A stretch of DNA of 64,000 nt, taken from assembly GCA_032718475.1 (NCBI GenBank), contig JAUCBJ010002303.1:20694-84693 (forward strand). The letters run 5' to 3'. Made by a program: the position numbers and the translations under genes. The stretch comes from Nemertoderma westbladi. Lineage: Eukaryota > Animalia > Xenacoelomorpha. Positions 21,502 to 34,802 of the stretch are shown piece after piece. Each line of letters starts with the position of its first letter. Within the stretch, counting starts at the first letter, position 1. A model generated the notes under the pieces. The model was not told the DNA's origin. It searched no databases and saw only the letters and a program-made list of their open reading frames with translations.

Positions 21502-24280
21502 CTGGTATCAGACTAGTTGTGATAATATATACTAACCTGATATATTATATAATACTTTATTGTGTTGATACCCATCGGGATCCAACCCTTACCACTTTGG
21601 CGTGGTGGCAGCAGCTGTGTTTTTTTTTGAGAACCCAACGTACTCATACATACATGCGGTTTGGTCGATGATCTGGAGGATATCTCCGCTGCATGCCGTC
21701 GTACTGCAGCCCAGCAAGTCGCTGCTTTGGAGTTAATGCTTGGACAAATAGCAAACTATGCCCCAGTAATCTCTTGAGCCACCATGCTGGGCTCAGAAAC
21801 AGCCCTTGAGGAACTTATAACACGTGTCCTTGTCAACCTCCTAGTTCATGGTGGTGTCACAAAAATCGCTGACGATCTGTACTGTGGTGGTGATACCCCC
21901 AGGAACTCGCACTAACTTTGATACTGTTATCTGCCCTAGAATGGTGTGACCTACGGTTGTCTGCCCGCAAAACCGTCATTTGCCCTGCATCCACGACCAT
22001 TTTGGGGTGGAAGTGGACCCAAGGTTCACTGTCTGCATCACCCCACATCATTTCCACACTCACTGCATGCCCCATGCCCATGACAACATGACAGTTTGTG
22101 AACTCCTTCATTGGTTCGTATAAGGTGTTACCGCGTGTCCTGCCTCAGTGTTCTGCTCTTATAGCTCCTCTTGATACACTCCTCACTGACTGACCCCTTG
22201 ACCCGGTTGCGTGGAATGAACCCACTTCCACAGCATTCCGGCGTGTACAGGCTGGCCTTAAAGATTGTTGGTCCATCACCATTCTGAGGCCCTCAGATGA
22301 ATTATTCATTGTAACCAATGCTGCATCCAGCACCGCTGGCATTGGTGCGATTCTATACACAAAACGTGATGCTCAGTTGCACATTACTGGTTATTTCTCA
22401 GCTAAACTGTGGCAACACCAACAGAGTTGGTTAGGTTACCTTGTGAGATGGAAGCCCTAGCCATCGCCGCTGCTGTCAGCTATTTTGTGCCATATATTAC
22501 ACAGTCATTAACTGCCCCGTGTTGTCATAGACAGCAAACCCTGTGTTCAGGCATATAACAAGTTCTCACGCGGCTCCTACTTGACAAGCCCTCGGCTCAC
22601 TACCTTCCTCGCCACACTGAGCCAATATAATATTACTGTCTCATACATACAGGGCACACGCAACTTGCCTGCTGACTTCCAAAGCCGGAATATCCAGCCA
22701 TGTCCCAACCAGTCGTGCCAAGTCAATCCAGAATCCAGGATCCAGAACCTTTCTCAATGAACTCTGTGACTCACCGCTTGTACAGTCGCTACCCATCCCT
22801 GCTGATGACCCCCAGCCACTATATACCACTCGCAGTGCATGGCTAGCTACACAGGCAGAATGTCCAGATATCAAATGTGCACATGCCCATTTGCAACAGG
22901 GTACGCGTCCATCAAAGAAAGACATCCACTGCCACGATGTCAAACGCTACCTAGACTGCACCTCTGTGACAAGCAATGGACTCCTTGTTGTTCGCCTTCA
23001 TAATGCACTGCCATCGCCATGCAACCTCATTGTGGTACCTCGTTCCGCACAACGTGGCCTTGTATCATCCATTCATTTGGAATTACAACACCCATCGAAA
23101 GCCCAACCCTGAAAAATTCTCAATCGTTCCTTCTGGGCTCTTGACCTTGAAGCAACAGTGGCTGCTTGCATATATGAGCGCCCACAATGTGCTGCCCTGA
23201 AATCTGCACCTCCCTGACCCATTCAACAGACATCTGAGGAGCCCCCAACCATTATCGACATCTCCCTCGCTGCTGATGTCCTGGTTCAGCACTGTCAGCA
23301 TATACTTTTCTTTCGCAAGACTGTGTCATCCTTCTCAGCTGCTACTATCATACAGGACGAAACCCATCCCACTCTTTGTGATGCACTCATCGCCCTCTGT
23401 ATTGGTCGTGTTCCCCTCATTGCCCCCCCCCCCTGCCATTTTTTGCATCGATCAGCTCCAGGGTTTAATGCATTACGCGCAATGACTACATCCTCCTCTC
23501 CCATTGAATACGGTTGGAAATAGGTAGACCTAAGAACCCCAACAAGAATCCTGTTGCTGGACATGGTGTTCGCGAACTTGAGGAAGAACTCCTCCACTTG
23601 CACCCCTCTGGGGACCCATTTTCCACCATGTCACTAGCAATCGCTGTTGCTAATTTGAACCATCGCATACGCCACAAGTGGTCTGTCTGCCTGCGAAATT
23701 ATCAACCAATGTGATCAGTTCACTGGAGACCAACTACCACTCGATGACGATGATGGCCTCATCCTTTGCCAACATCGCAACTGGGCAACCAATCATTCCA
23801 CCAGTATTGAAGCTAAGTGCAGACTTCTGGCAAAATCCTCCTCAGCCACACCACACCCACTGTCACAAGTGGGTGATTTAATTCACCTCTATGCTGATGG
23901 CTCAAAGTTACATGGTCGCCCTCGATACATTGTATCTTCAGTCGCTGATGATTGGATCAACATCAGAAAATTTATCGGTTCCCAACTTCATGCCCAAACG
24001 TACCGAGTACCCCGCTCAGAGTACTACCTGGTGCCCCAATATCGAACACGAACCCACACCTACCAACAGTCGCGATCAACAGAATCAAGCGATGAAGACC
24101 CACCAGTGCCACCCTGTGGTACTGTAGCACACCTCGCGACCCCCTAGAACTTGGCCTCCCAGGACTCGATCCCAATAATGAGCGTCCAGCGCCCGGTATA
24201 CTGTCACCTCAGTCAACTTCCCATTGCCCAATACGGACACGCCGATCCCCCATGTGTTATGGCTATGACGAGTAGGGATG
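21502..24280 (+). mobile_element. Decayed Ty3/Gypsy LTR retrotransposon A (LTR end, PBS-like site, RT/RH/IN remnants)
   Basis: 21502-21594 matches the end of the LTR-like unit at 32027-32295 and is followed by TGGCG/TGGTGGCAGC. Remnants: ILGWKW, GYFSAKL, CEMEALA, DSKPCVQAY, NPNKNPVA..VRELEEEL. Many stops and frameshifts. Confidence 0.8.
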
Positions 24281-25000
24281 TTTCAGACAGGATTGTATCA
24301 TATTAAGTTTTTAAGCATCTACTATATTCTCGAATAGCAGTGTGTGTGTAGTGAGATATTTCTATATAAAGATATACTGTATATATATATTGGTGATGGG
24401 ACCCAAGTGTGCTTTTTATTATAAAATATATTCTGGTACTGATAAGATTTAGGAATAATAAATACTGAAGTATCTGACTGTGAACGAAAAACAATTTCTA
24501 TATATTACTACTGTACTACTGTACTGTACTAAATTAATCCTCAGAAAATTACATTTCATCACATCACACAGCACACAGACACAGACACAACACACTACAT
24601 TTTATTGGACAAACAAAGCAATAACGACAAGCAACTCAATACAATAAATTAGATGCCAAATTTATTCATTGTAATTACATAATTGATAATTACTCTAAAT
24701 ACTGTAATATAATTAAACAATAACTAATAGTGCGGTACCTACACTACTACTACTGCTGCTACTGTATAGGGCTTTGGCTTTACATTCAGACTGTGTTAGC
24801 AATAATTACTAGGTTCCATGAACCAGTAGGCCTACTGGTATCTTACTACTTACGCTATACAGCTACCGGTATTCAGGTATTAGCTGTGACTTCTTGCCTA
24901 ACTAACTAAATTCATAGACTTTCATGTCACTGATCCCAGTTGCTGAGCTAACTCATAGCTAGGCCGCGATTACATCATTAAACCAACCTAGAAAAAATAA

Positions 25001-25241
25001 TGTGCAGCCAAATCTCGCTGTAATTTGTTTTTGTTGTGTTTATTCAAAAAAGCATCATACACACAAAATTTCCGTCACACAAACAACACAGTTTTGTATG
25101 GGCTTTCTGATGGTATAATTTTTGTAATGCAATAGTTTTTGTATCATACTGTCATATCTGCATATGCAATTTTGTATCTTTAATTTTGAAAGGGATTTCT
25201 TAGTAAGATTTTGAATTTGTGCAGCGAGATTTGGTTGTACA
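25001..25241. mobile_element. MITE-like element
   Basis: tgtgcagccaaatctcgctg ... cagcgagatttggttgtaca inverted termini around an AT-rich spacer. Confidence 0.55.
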
Positions 25242-25559
25242 GTGCAGCCAAATCTCTCTGAGAATACCCAACTGTACTATTAACAATCCTATTCACTGGG
25301 AGCCTAGAACTGTCAGATTTAAATATAGCGATACCTTAGTGGATAATGCAGTAATGCAAGCATAATTGTGGTGACCCAGACCGCCAGACGATCGTTCAAA
25401 AAACGATAAACCTTAACTGCCTAACTCCAACAACTCGCAACACAACAATACAGAGCGGCAGAGGTGCAGAAGCAAGACAGACTGAAGCTACCGGTACTGC
25501 GGTAACCGGTAAGGCAATAGGCCTACCAGAATACTGCAATTCAATAACGATAACCGTTA

Positions 25560-25875
25560 ACCACGTACCAGTACAAGTAACGGTACCAGTACAAGTACCG
25601 GTACCAGTACCGGTACCAGTAAAAGTACCGGTACCAGTACGGGTACCAGTACCGGTACCAGTAAAAGTACCGGTACCAGTACCGGTACCTTTACAGGTAC
25701 TGGTACCATTACAAGTACCGGTACCAGTACAAGTACCGGTACCAGTACGAGTACCGGTACCAGTACCGGTACCAGTAAAAGTACCGGAACCAGTACAAGT
25801 ACCGGTACCAGCACCGGTACCAGTAAAAGTACCGGTACCTGTACAAGTACCGGTACAGTACTGGTACCAGTAGCG
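25560..25875. repeat. 6-bp-period microsatellite (accggt/accagt/acaagt)
   Basis: Direct reading; produces spurious TGTG/VPVL ORFs. Confidence 0.9.
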
Positions 25876-27951
25876 GTAGGCATACAAACTACAAATCAGA
25901 AAGTAGGCCTACAGAAAGAAAATGCCTATAGACATACATAACCAGCCTAAGGTGTAAGGCTATACTGGAAGCAATGTTGAGGTTGCTGCACGAAGACGAT
26001 CCAAATTATCCCGGAGTACCGCCCATCAAAGTGGAAATTATCGACGAATTACGGGAAGAAAAAGCAAATGCAATTCAATTACTGTACCACCACATCCAGC
26101 TCTCACCGTACCGAAAACAACTTCACAGACTAACCAAACAATAAAACTACCAAACTTTTACGAGAAAGATACCAGGATTTGGTTTGAACAGAAAGAAGAA
26201 ATACAGATGTCTCAGATAATGTAAAAAAGAACAGCTTGTTACGCGTTTTACCTACAAATATCATTTTTGATAGTGGTGCACAAGTTACAGACCCATTTGA
26301 AACAATAAAAAATAATTTAATCAAATATTTTGACATAAGCGAAGAACAAAGATTAAAACGACTTCTACAAGAGCAACACTTAGGAGACCGTAAACCTTCA
26401 GTAGCCCTTAGGCATATATAACGTTTAGCACCAAATAACAATAATACAGTCTGACTGTAATATAGTAAAAATGCGTTTCATGGGAATTTTACCGGAGCAG
26501 ATTCGAATATCCTCATCATCAATTGATGGCGTTAGTACAGAAAAGCTAGCAGAAATCGCTGACCACTGGACCATATGATGGCAGGATGGAGCAGATAAAA
26601 ACTTCGAGTAGTTCAGTTAACGTCAACCAGGTGAGTGGAAACTTGGATATATGGATAGGCCTTTATCTAACCCTGCTACTACTGGTATAGAGGTTAGGGC
26701 TGATAATGGAATGGAATTATGGTGTCAAAACATCACACACCAAATTAATAAGCTATCTCAAGCTGTCGAATATTTGTCTACCAGTAATGACCACCCTTAC
26801 AGTGATAATAGGGGCCGCAGACGTTACCATGAACAGTTTCAAGGAGAACAGTATTCTCCAAATAGGCCTAATAGAAATAGATATCAGTCAAGATCTAAAT
26901 CACTTACTCGCAATTACAATCCTGATGGATCCTGATTGGCGTTTTGGTAAAAATGCTACAAAGTGTGGTGGAGTTGATGTGTGTGAATGGAATTCATCAT
27001 ATAGAGAACAAGTGAATAACCCACATGGCCGAAGACAGCCGGGAAACGCTCAGGCTCTTTCACCAAGGCGGTCAGTGATGGAGTAAATTCTATTTTCGTA
27101 GCCGCTGAACCAATGCGCCAATTTTTGGCTGATAGTGGTAGCGAGGTAAGTGTAGTACCTCGACATTATGCCACATCAAGATTAACACCTGTGACTAATA
27201 TTAATCTGAAAGCGGCAAACCAAAATAAAATTAATGTAATTGGAATAGAACAAATAACATTTAACTTACCTGATATCAGTAGAAAACAGTTTACATGGAA
27301 TTTCTACGTATGTGATGTAGACCAACCTATATTAGGTGCTGATTTTCTTCGATATAATGAACTACTTGTAGATTGTACCTACAACAGACTGATACCCTTG
27401 TCTTGGTTAAGAGATCCCTCAAAATTTCCCAATAACCAACTCAATACGGAAACTAATCCACAATTAAAAGTAAAATTAGAAAAAAAACCAGACAAAATAG
27501 ACCAACATACCATCACTAAACAAAGAATATTTGTACGGAGAATTACAGTGGAAAATTCTCAGTATAGTAAATCTGTCAATGATCTTCTGGATAAATACCC
27601 GGATATATTCAAACCAATAATTATTACAGAGCCAGTAAAACATCAAGCACATTAGCATCATATTATTAGTAGTGGGCCACCTACTCACTCAAAACCAAGA
27701 TAACTTTTTGGCGACAGATTGAAACATGCAAAAAGGATATTTAGTGACTGGGAAACCCAAGGCATTTGTTACGGTATAGAGGCGAATCACCATATGCATC
27801 ACCCATGCATATGGCCCCTAAACCAAAATCCACTAAGTACACCATTCAGAGCCTGTGGCGATTGTCGTGGCTTGAATTTGCAGACTATACCAGATCGTTA
27901 CCCAATGCCACATTTAGGTGATATACCAAGTTTTCTCAATGGTTGCACTGT

Positions 27952-29866
27952 GGGGCGAGCCACGAAGTGAGTGAGCCTTAGCGTAGTGGTACCATTAATC
28001 AACCTGTCGTTCTGTCGTTCTGTCGTTCTGTCGTGTTCAATTTTAAACGTTAATAACTCGGCCAATCTTTGATGAAATCTATCCAAACTTGGTACACATG
28101 TTGTATGGCAAAAGTTTAGAAATTTTCCAAGTAGAATTTCCGTGTGGCCTTCGAGAAGCTAAGATAATAGCAGTTAATTAGTTAATTAAGTTGATTACGG
28201 TAAAAACACCATTTTCAACCTGCCTTTTAAAGGAAATTAATTGTTTTACAGTATAAGACTTCAATAATTATACTTAAAAAATATACAGATGTAATCCGCA
28301 TACTCCATTCTATTATAGTTTTTAATTAGTTCAAGTGATTTGCTTTAATAATCGTGTCTTTAATTGATCTAAAGTAATTAAACCGGCATAAAAAATTTAT
28401 TCTCATTAAATACTGCTCATTTATTGGTTAACTCAAGTTGGCTTGTTTCCCAGCAACACTTGAGGTATTCAGTCAGCCTTGCTTGTAAGAGGCAGACTGC
28501 TGCTGCTGCTGGTAGCCATCCATTCACTCACTCTCCATTGAACTGGCTGATTGGAGGTGTGTGTGTATCGGGTTCAATGACATTAATATTATTACTAAAG
28601 TAACGTCGGGATGTTAATATTCACTGGAGCTATGAGTCTCTCTGGTTAGTTGAATGAATGAAATAAATAATTGTTTTACTGTTCCGAATATCAATGTTTA
28701 TTTCTGTAGGCCAACTTACTGTATTATTATTTAATCTAAATGTACATAATAGTTTAAATAAATTATTTCACAATTTCATTCCAATTCATACTGCTTACGC
28801 AACCATGCTAATTAGGTATATTAAATGGCAGGATTGTTTTTAATTAAAATTTTTACAGAGCAAACAAGTATATTGTATTTAACTGAAAGTTAATTTATTT
28901 CGGTAAGTAGGCCTTGCGGTTTGTTAGTTTAGTTAGTATAATAAGTATCAAATATATTACGTGCTGCTGTACAGTAAACGCGGCTTTGCGTTATTGAATT
29001 ACAGAATTGGCGGTACAAAGTACATTAATAGGGATCAGGCATATTGCATTTATATAATTGTTGTTGTAAATGTACAATAATATGCGCCACTTTTATTTTA
29101 GTAACTGCAATGTGTATTTCATTTGTACCTGCAACCCATTAAAAAGGGCAGCTGAACATATCGCGGACAGGCTGACTATTCACCATAACAAAAAAACCCA
29201 AATCGCCGCAGTTCCACTTACAGTTCCATATTATTCTGTTTTGCAATTCAACCCAATTTATCTGCTCTCTGCTACACGCGGTTTTATCCACGAGTTTTGT
29301 AAAGTCCCGACTTATCGGGAATGACATGAACTTAGCGTCCGGAATATTCTGAACAGATTAAATCTACTTGGCGCTGTAATACTGCATCCCGTTGTACCAG
29401 AAGTTATTAAAACATACCGGCCCCTCAAATGCGCTTGCAGTGGGTTAGAGAACAACATATACCGCCCCAGTACAACCGCTATTTTGATAAGGTCCAATAT
29501 ATAATATATATATATGGTCTAACATATGATAGTTCACTAATCAGCTAATAGGCCTATTAATTCGTGAGATTTCAATTTATAAATAAAACTAATATACGAG
29601 CTCATATGAGCTCAATTGATTGATTGATTGAAGGTATGACCGTTGTTGTGGGGGACTAGGTCTACCTGTCTAGCAGCTAATAACTCGTCCGTGGAGAGAA
29701 TAATATAAGTCGAGGAACATAACGAAACGCGTTTAATTTATTTATTTATTCCAATTGGGGATGCTTTCTAACGCGGGAATGCGGTGCTATTAAACATCAA
29801 CACATTCCTGCGCGTGCGTCGATATTGTGCACCCTAATACTAACAACCCACCCAGACACCCCCTAC

Positions 29867-29900
<34 letters not shown>

Positions 29901-30419
29901 ATCACCCAACATTACTATGTATAGATCAATGCAGCTCAATATATTAGTAAAGGTATCGTCTGATTAGCTTTCCTACACATGACCTCTTATCCTTGTAGCT
30001 TGTCCTTGCATTTATTTACACTATTTTTTGTTGAGTAAATCTTTCTGATAGGGGGGGGGGGGGGGGGGGGGGACTTACTCTGGACGAGCGCAACGATTGA
30101 ACGACGCTTATAATAATTAAGACGAGTACGGCGTTGATTATATTCATATACACCACCTGGCTTTGCATATTTAACGTGCGATTGGAAATAAGTTCGTTCT
30201 ACCCTTCCGTGGGTGGTAGATGTCACGGTTATGTATTGGTGGTTGAGAAGGGTGGGGGGGGGGGGGATTAAAAGGGGTGAACACGTACTGTCCCCCTTTC
30301 TTTGATTGATTGGTGGTGTGGGTAAATTTCTCAAAACCTGATTTTGTGATACAGTCGCTTAATTTTAATTTGTATCTCATAACTGGACCTCGTGCTGCGC
30401 GAAGGCCCCACGAACGTGT
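27952..30419 (+). mobile_element. Helentron/DINE-1-like non-autonomous element inserted in the Gypsy RT
   Basis: Starts GGGGCGAGCC, has a (ctgtcgtt)n microsatellite, ends CTCGTGCTGCGCGAAGGCCCCACGAACGTGT; removal restores RT FLNGCT-VFSKLDL; same ends recur elsewhere in the window. Confidence 0.7.
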
Positions 30420-32026
30420 ATTTTCAAAATTAGACCTTCAATCGGCATAAACACAAATTCCTATTGCTAAGGAGGATCAGCAAAAAGCAGCAGTAACCAC
30501 TCCATTTGGGTTGTTCATCTTTCGCCGAATGCCATATGGATTACGAAATGCAGCCCAAACATTTCAACGTTTAATGGACTGTGTTCTCCAAGATATTCCA
30601 CATGCATGGGTATATCTGGATGATATACTTTATAGCAAGCAAAACTGCAGAGGAACACCTCATACATCTAGATACAATTATCAACGTTTAACAGTTAATG
30701 GCCTACGATTAAGGGAAGATAAATGTCGTTTCTTCTGTGATAGTATAAGCTTTGTAGGGGCAAATATCTCAGCAGATGGAGTCAAACCCTTACAAGAAAA
30801 GGTAGAAGCCATTACTAGTTTTCCTAGGCCCACAACAATCAAAGCTCTCAAACGATTTCTTGGAATGGCCGGTTTCTATCACCGTTTTATACCAAACTTT
30901 TCAGGAACAGCCACGCCTCTTACAGATCTAACTCGAAACAAACAAGAAAACGAATTCCATATTAAATTGGACTGACGAAGGTATACTGGCATTTGACAAA
31001 TTGAAAATCGCTCTTAAAGATAGTGTATCTCTAGCTTTTCCAAATACTGATGCTAAATTTGAAATAACTACAGACGCATCACAATCAGCAGCCGGTTCAG
31101 TACTTCATCAGGTAGTATAAGGTGAAAAGCAACCATTAGCTTTTTTCTCAACCAAATTTAATTTAAATGAAGTACGAAAATCCGCCTTTGATCGTGAGTT
31201 GTTAGCAATTTACCTGTCCCTAAAACACTTCTCTTGGTTACTGGGCTCGGAATTCACCATTAAGACAGACCACAAACCAGTACTTAGGATATTAGCAATG
31301 AAAAACCCTACACCACAACAAATTCGATGGATCTCATACATTTCTGAATTCAATTGCTCCATTGAACATATTTCAGGTTCATCTAATATAGTAGCAGACA
31401 CTTTGTCGAGAACAACAGCAACTATCACAGCGGAATTCGATGATTCACTAGCAGAAGCTCAGAATGCCGATCCTTCACTAATATCCTTTTTCAGTAAAAC
31501 TACATTACCATTGAAGAAATTTCCAATATGCGATAATTTTCTATGGTGTGACATTTCAACGGATCGTATTCGACCATACATTCCAACAAATAGTCGTTTC
31601 CAATTATTTACACAACTCCACAATTTGTCACATTTGGGAAATCGTGCTACATACAAACTTATTTCTGAGAAACATATATGGCCCTGAATGCGTAAAGACG
31701 TAAGTAAATGGTGCTGAGAATGTCAAAGATGTCAAAAAATTTTGCTTTGTGTAATGTTCTTTTACATTAGTTATAGTTAGTCGCCCTAGCTTTCCAAGCC
31801 ATTAATTAGACTGGACATTTGTACATTTCGAATTCTTTTCATAGTTATATGCAAAATAATTGCATTAGCACCCTCTAAAACTGCATGGAGTCATCGTTGT
31901 TTTATTTTTCTTATATGCCAGTACCATATACTTACTGTTTGCATTATGCAGTGTTTGAAACTGAAAGTTTTTCATACCAGTTTCGAAACACTCTCACCTG
32001 AGGAGGTCATGAAAGAGAATGAAAGA

Positions 32027-32295
32027 TGTTGCACCAGACCTTAGGTCTAGCGTATACGCCAGACGTTATGTCTAGCATAGCATATATATATATTATGGTG
32101 GATATAGACCTAAGGGCCCACAGGTACCGTATTGCCGGAGGGGCCTCAATCTGGCTGTGTTACATTGCATGTCACCTACCTTTCTTACCTCAATGTACCA
32201 GTAGCCTGGTATCAGACTAGTTGTGATAATATATACTAACCTGATATATTATATACTTTATTGTGTTGATATCCATCGGGATCCAACCCTTACCA
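32027..32295 (+). repeat. LTR-like unit of Gypsy family A
   Basis: Purine tract then TGTTG...TACCA; last ~90 bp nearly identical to 21502-21594; followed by TTGGCG. Confidence 0.6.
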
Positions 32296-33349
32296 ATTTG
32301 GCGCTGCTTATATTTTGCTTAAAACTCTTTTAGTAGTGACTCAACTGTTAACATAAGTTTATGTCACGTGCTGCGCGAATATCATGTACAGTATATATGT
32401 TTGTATAACCTTTGAACTTCATAGTTATATAATTTAACTGGAAACTTTATACAAACAAGTGCTCAGATTCCAGGCTATTCCAGGTATTACACTTGATGTT
32501 TGCAGAGTATTTAATTGATAAAATTTCAAATGTAGATTTTGTGATTACCATACTTAAAACGGTTATTCAGACATTACTTACTAAACCACCATAATAAAAC
32601 CTGATCAAATTATCTGTAGTAGTATTAAAACAAAGTTTTAATTTCCTATATATTTTATTCAACAATAAATAAATATTGTATTTAACTGCAAATTTCTTAT
32701 CAAGTTTAAACAAATTGAAATATACAATTTGGAAGTCGTGAATGTTGACACATCGAGTACATGATTTTTCCAGATATTTCATATTTCAGTCTAACATGCA
32801 CATTTTTTTTACTTTTTGTATATTGTTTTGGTTAAATTAACGTGTAACTGGCACCCCTCCTCCCCCTATGTATGACATTTAGTTGTTCTACAAACGTCCC
32901 TACCCACCTACTTTACTGTTACAGTATATTAAGGTATGATACAGTACACTATGTATTATCAATTATAGTAAAGTCGTCATTATTTAAAATGTACCTGAGC
33001 ACGTTATAGAACCTGCTCAATGTACCTGTACACCGTAGAACACGTTCGTGGGGCCTTCACATGGCACGAGACTCGATAACCCGAGAACAATTAACTTGAA
33101 AAAGCTATGTTCCCAAGTACTTATTTCGATTTGATCTCCAACTTCGTTAGCTTGCCGACTTGTTCTATTTAAGCAATGCTCATAGAGGCCACTCTTGCCA
33201 AATTTCAGATGAATCTGATGGTTGGTTCTATAATTACAGCTAGTTCTACATTCTGTCAATTCGCTCTCTAGCAGCAGCCAAAAGAACTATAAAAGTCTAT
33301 CTGTGTGTAAAATTTATAATTAAGCAATGCTCATAGGACACTCCTCTCC

Positions 33350-34500
33350 TACCAAATTACAGATGAATCACCAATCCAGTTGCGCATGAAGGTTTTCCAA
33401 GTGTTGGCAGGCTTATTCAGCCATTGAGGGCAATGGTAGAGTCTGAATAGAAGCGAACATTGACCCCAGGTCAGTCTTCGTGAACCTTGAGGGATGGAGA
33501 CGTAGAGACGAGTTCCCAACAGTGCCAACAAGTATCAGCTCCAAATAAGGTATAGAAAGTTTAGGTCGCCGTGGTGCAGTCCATGCCTTGATGGAGAGCA
33601 GAGTCCACATACCACCCATTGTGTGTAGAGACAGGCTCCATAGGCCTTTGGCGATGTGTTGGCATAGACTTCAATGTACCCCTAATCCAGATACAAGCAG
33701 TCAAGGTGGGTACGTAGTATATGAGAGAGGGGTTTCAAGCAGACATTCGCGGCAGTTGGTCCAGTTGATTGGCACAGGCTTCGTGCAGTTGCATTCGCAG
33801 AGAAAGAGTCCAGGGGGATCAAAGATGGAAGTGGTGCAAGCCAACAGCGTCTGTTTAGTGAATACCTTGGGCAGGTCGATGTTGACTAAGACTTCTTAGG
33901 CGACAGGGTCCCATACAATTCCCAGTATGCATGTCAGAAGGCTCTCCCCTTCGCAGGTATGATTCAATTACCTCCTCTTATGGAGGTCCATTGGAGCATG
34001 AAGCAAGAGGTTAGTTAAGGTCACACTGAGATTGTTCACTTCAGCTGCAGTGTTTCCCCTTAGTACCACCTTCACCTTGTCAACATAGACACTCTATAAG
34101 CTTATAAAAGGTCCATGATTCTATGGCCAAGGGGGTCACTGGCTCAGTGATCAATCACAGGAGGTCAATGACTGGTGGTGACGATTGCAGACCTGGTTGA
34201 TTGGATGGGAAATGGGTCAGTTCAGCATTACCGAACAGAACCTGCAGAGTTGACTGGAGGGCGTTCAGGGTGCAGTTGAGTTGGGAAGGAAGAAGCACGA
34301 AGAAGCTCTCAACTTCCCCCTTTGTCTCGCCACATGCAGAGGTAAACATAGTCATGGTTGGTGATCGAAATCTGGTGGAATACCTTAACAATATTACTGA
34401 TAGCCTCGAAGGGGTGAATAAACACAGAAGCGCAGTGCGACGTTGATGGTATAGGAGGACGGAAAACACAAATTCACTGTCAATGCCTACCTGCCACCAA
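33350..34500 (-). pseudogene. Highly decayed BEL/Pao pol fragment (RT-RNase H)
   Basis: ILGIVWDP, APRRPKLSIPYLEL and WKTFMRN motifs on the minus strand. Confidence 0.7.
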
Positions 34501-34802
34501 TCTCACGTACTAGTGCCATCTGTGGCTTTGGGTTGGGGTGCAAATTAAGGGGGGGGGGGGGGGACACACTATCCCCCTTTCTTTGATTGATTGGCGGTTT
34601 GGATAAATTTCTCAAATACCTTGCAGTTTTTGTGATAGAATCGCTCAATTTTAATTTATGTCTCATAACTGAGCCTCATGCTGCGCGGAGGCCCCACGAA
34701 CGCATTCGTACCGACTTAGTGATATTTCTAAACATTTCTTACCTCTCAGCATTGGTCTACAACTACTCCTGTAACATTTAAATCTATTAACTGACAATAT
34801 AA

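Larger units (their letters stand above)
25369..31740 (+). mobile_element. Decayed Ty3/Gypsy LTR retrotransposon B (CsRN1-like gag), RT interrupted by an insertion
   Basis: PBS-like TGGTGACCC; gag LLQEQHLGDRKPS; protease FLADSGS..ILGADFL; RT DRYPMP, FSKLDL, MPYGLRNAAQTFQR, YLDD; RNase H TDAS, DRELLA, TDHKP, NIVADTLSR; integrase H..H..C..C, then truncated. Confidence 0.88.

Noticed and set aside
25396-25887. TG-rich, antifreeze-like ORF
   Set aside because: 6-bp microsatellite within a Gypsy leader; no signal peptide or gene context.
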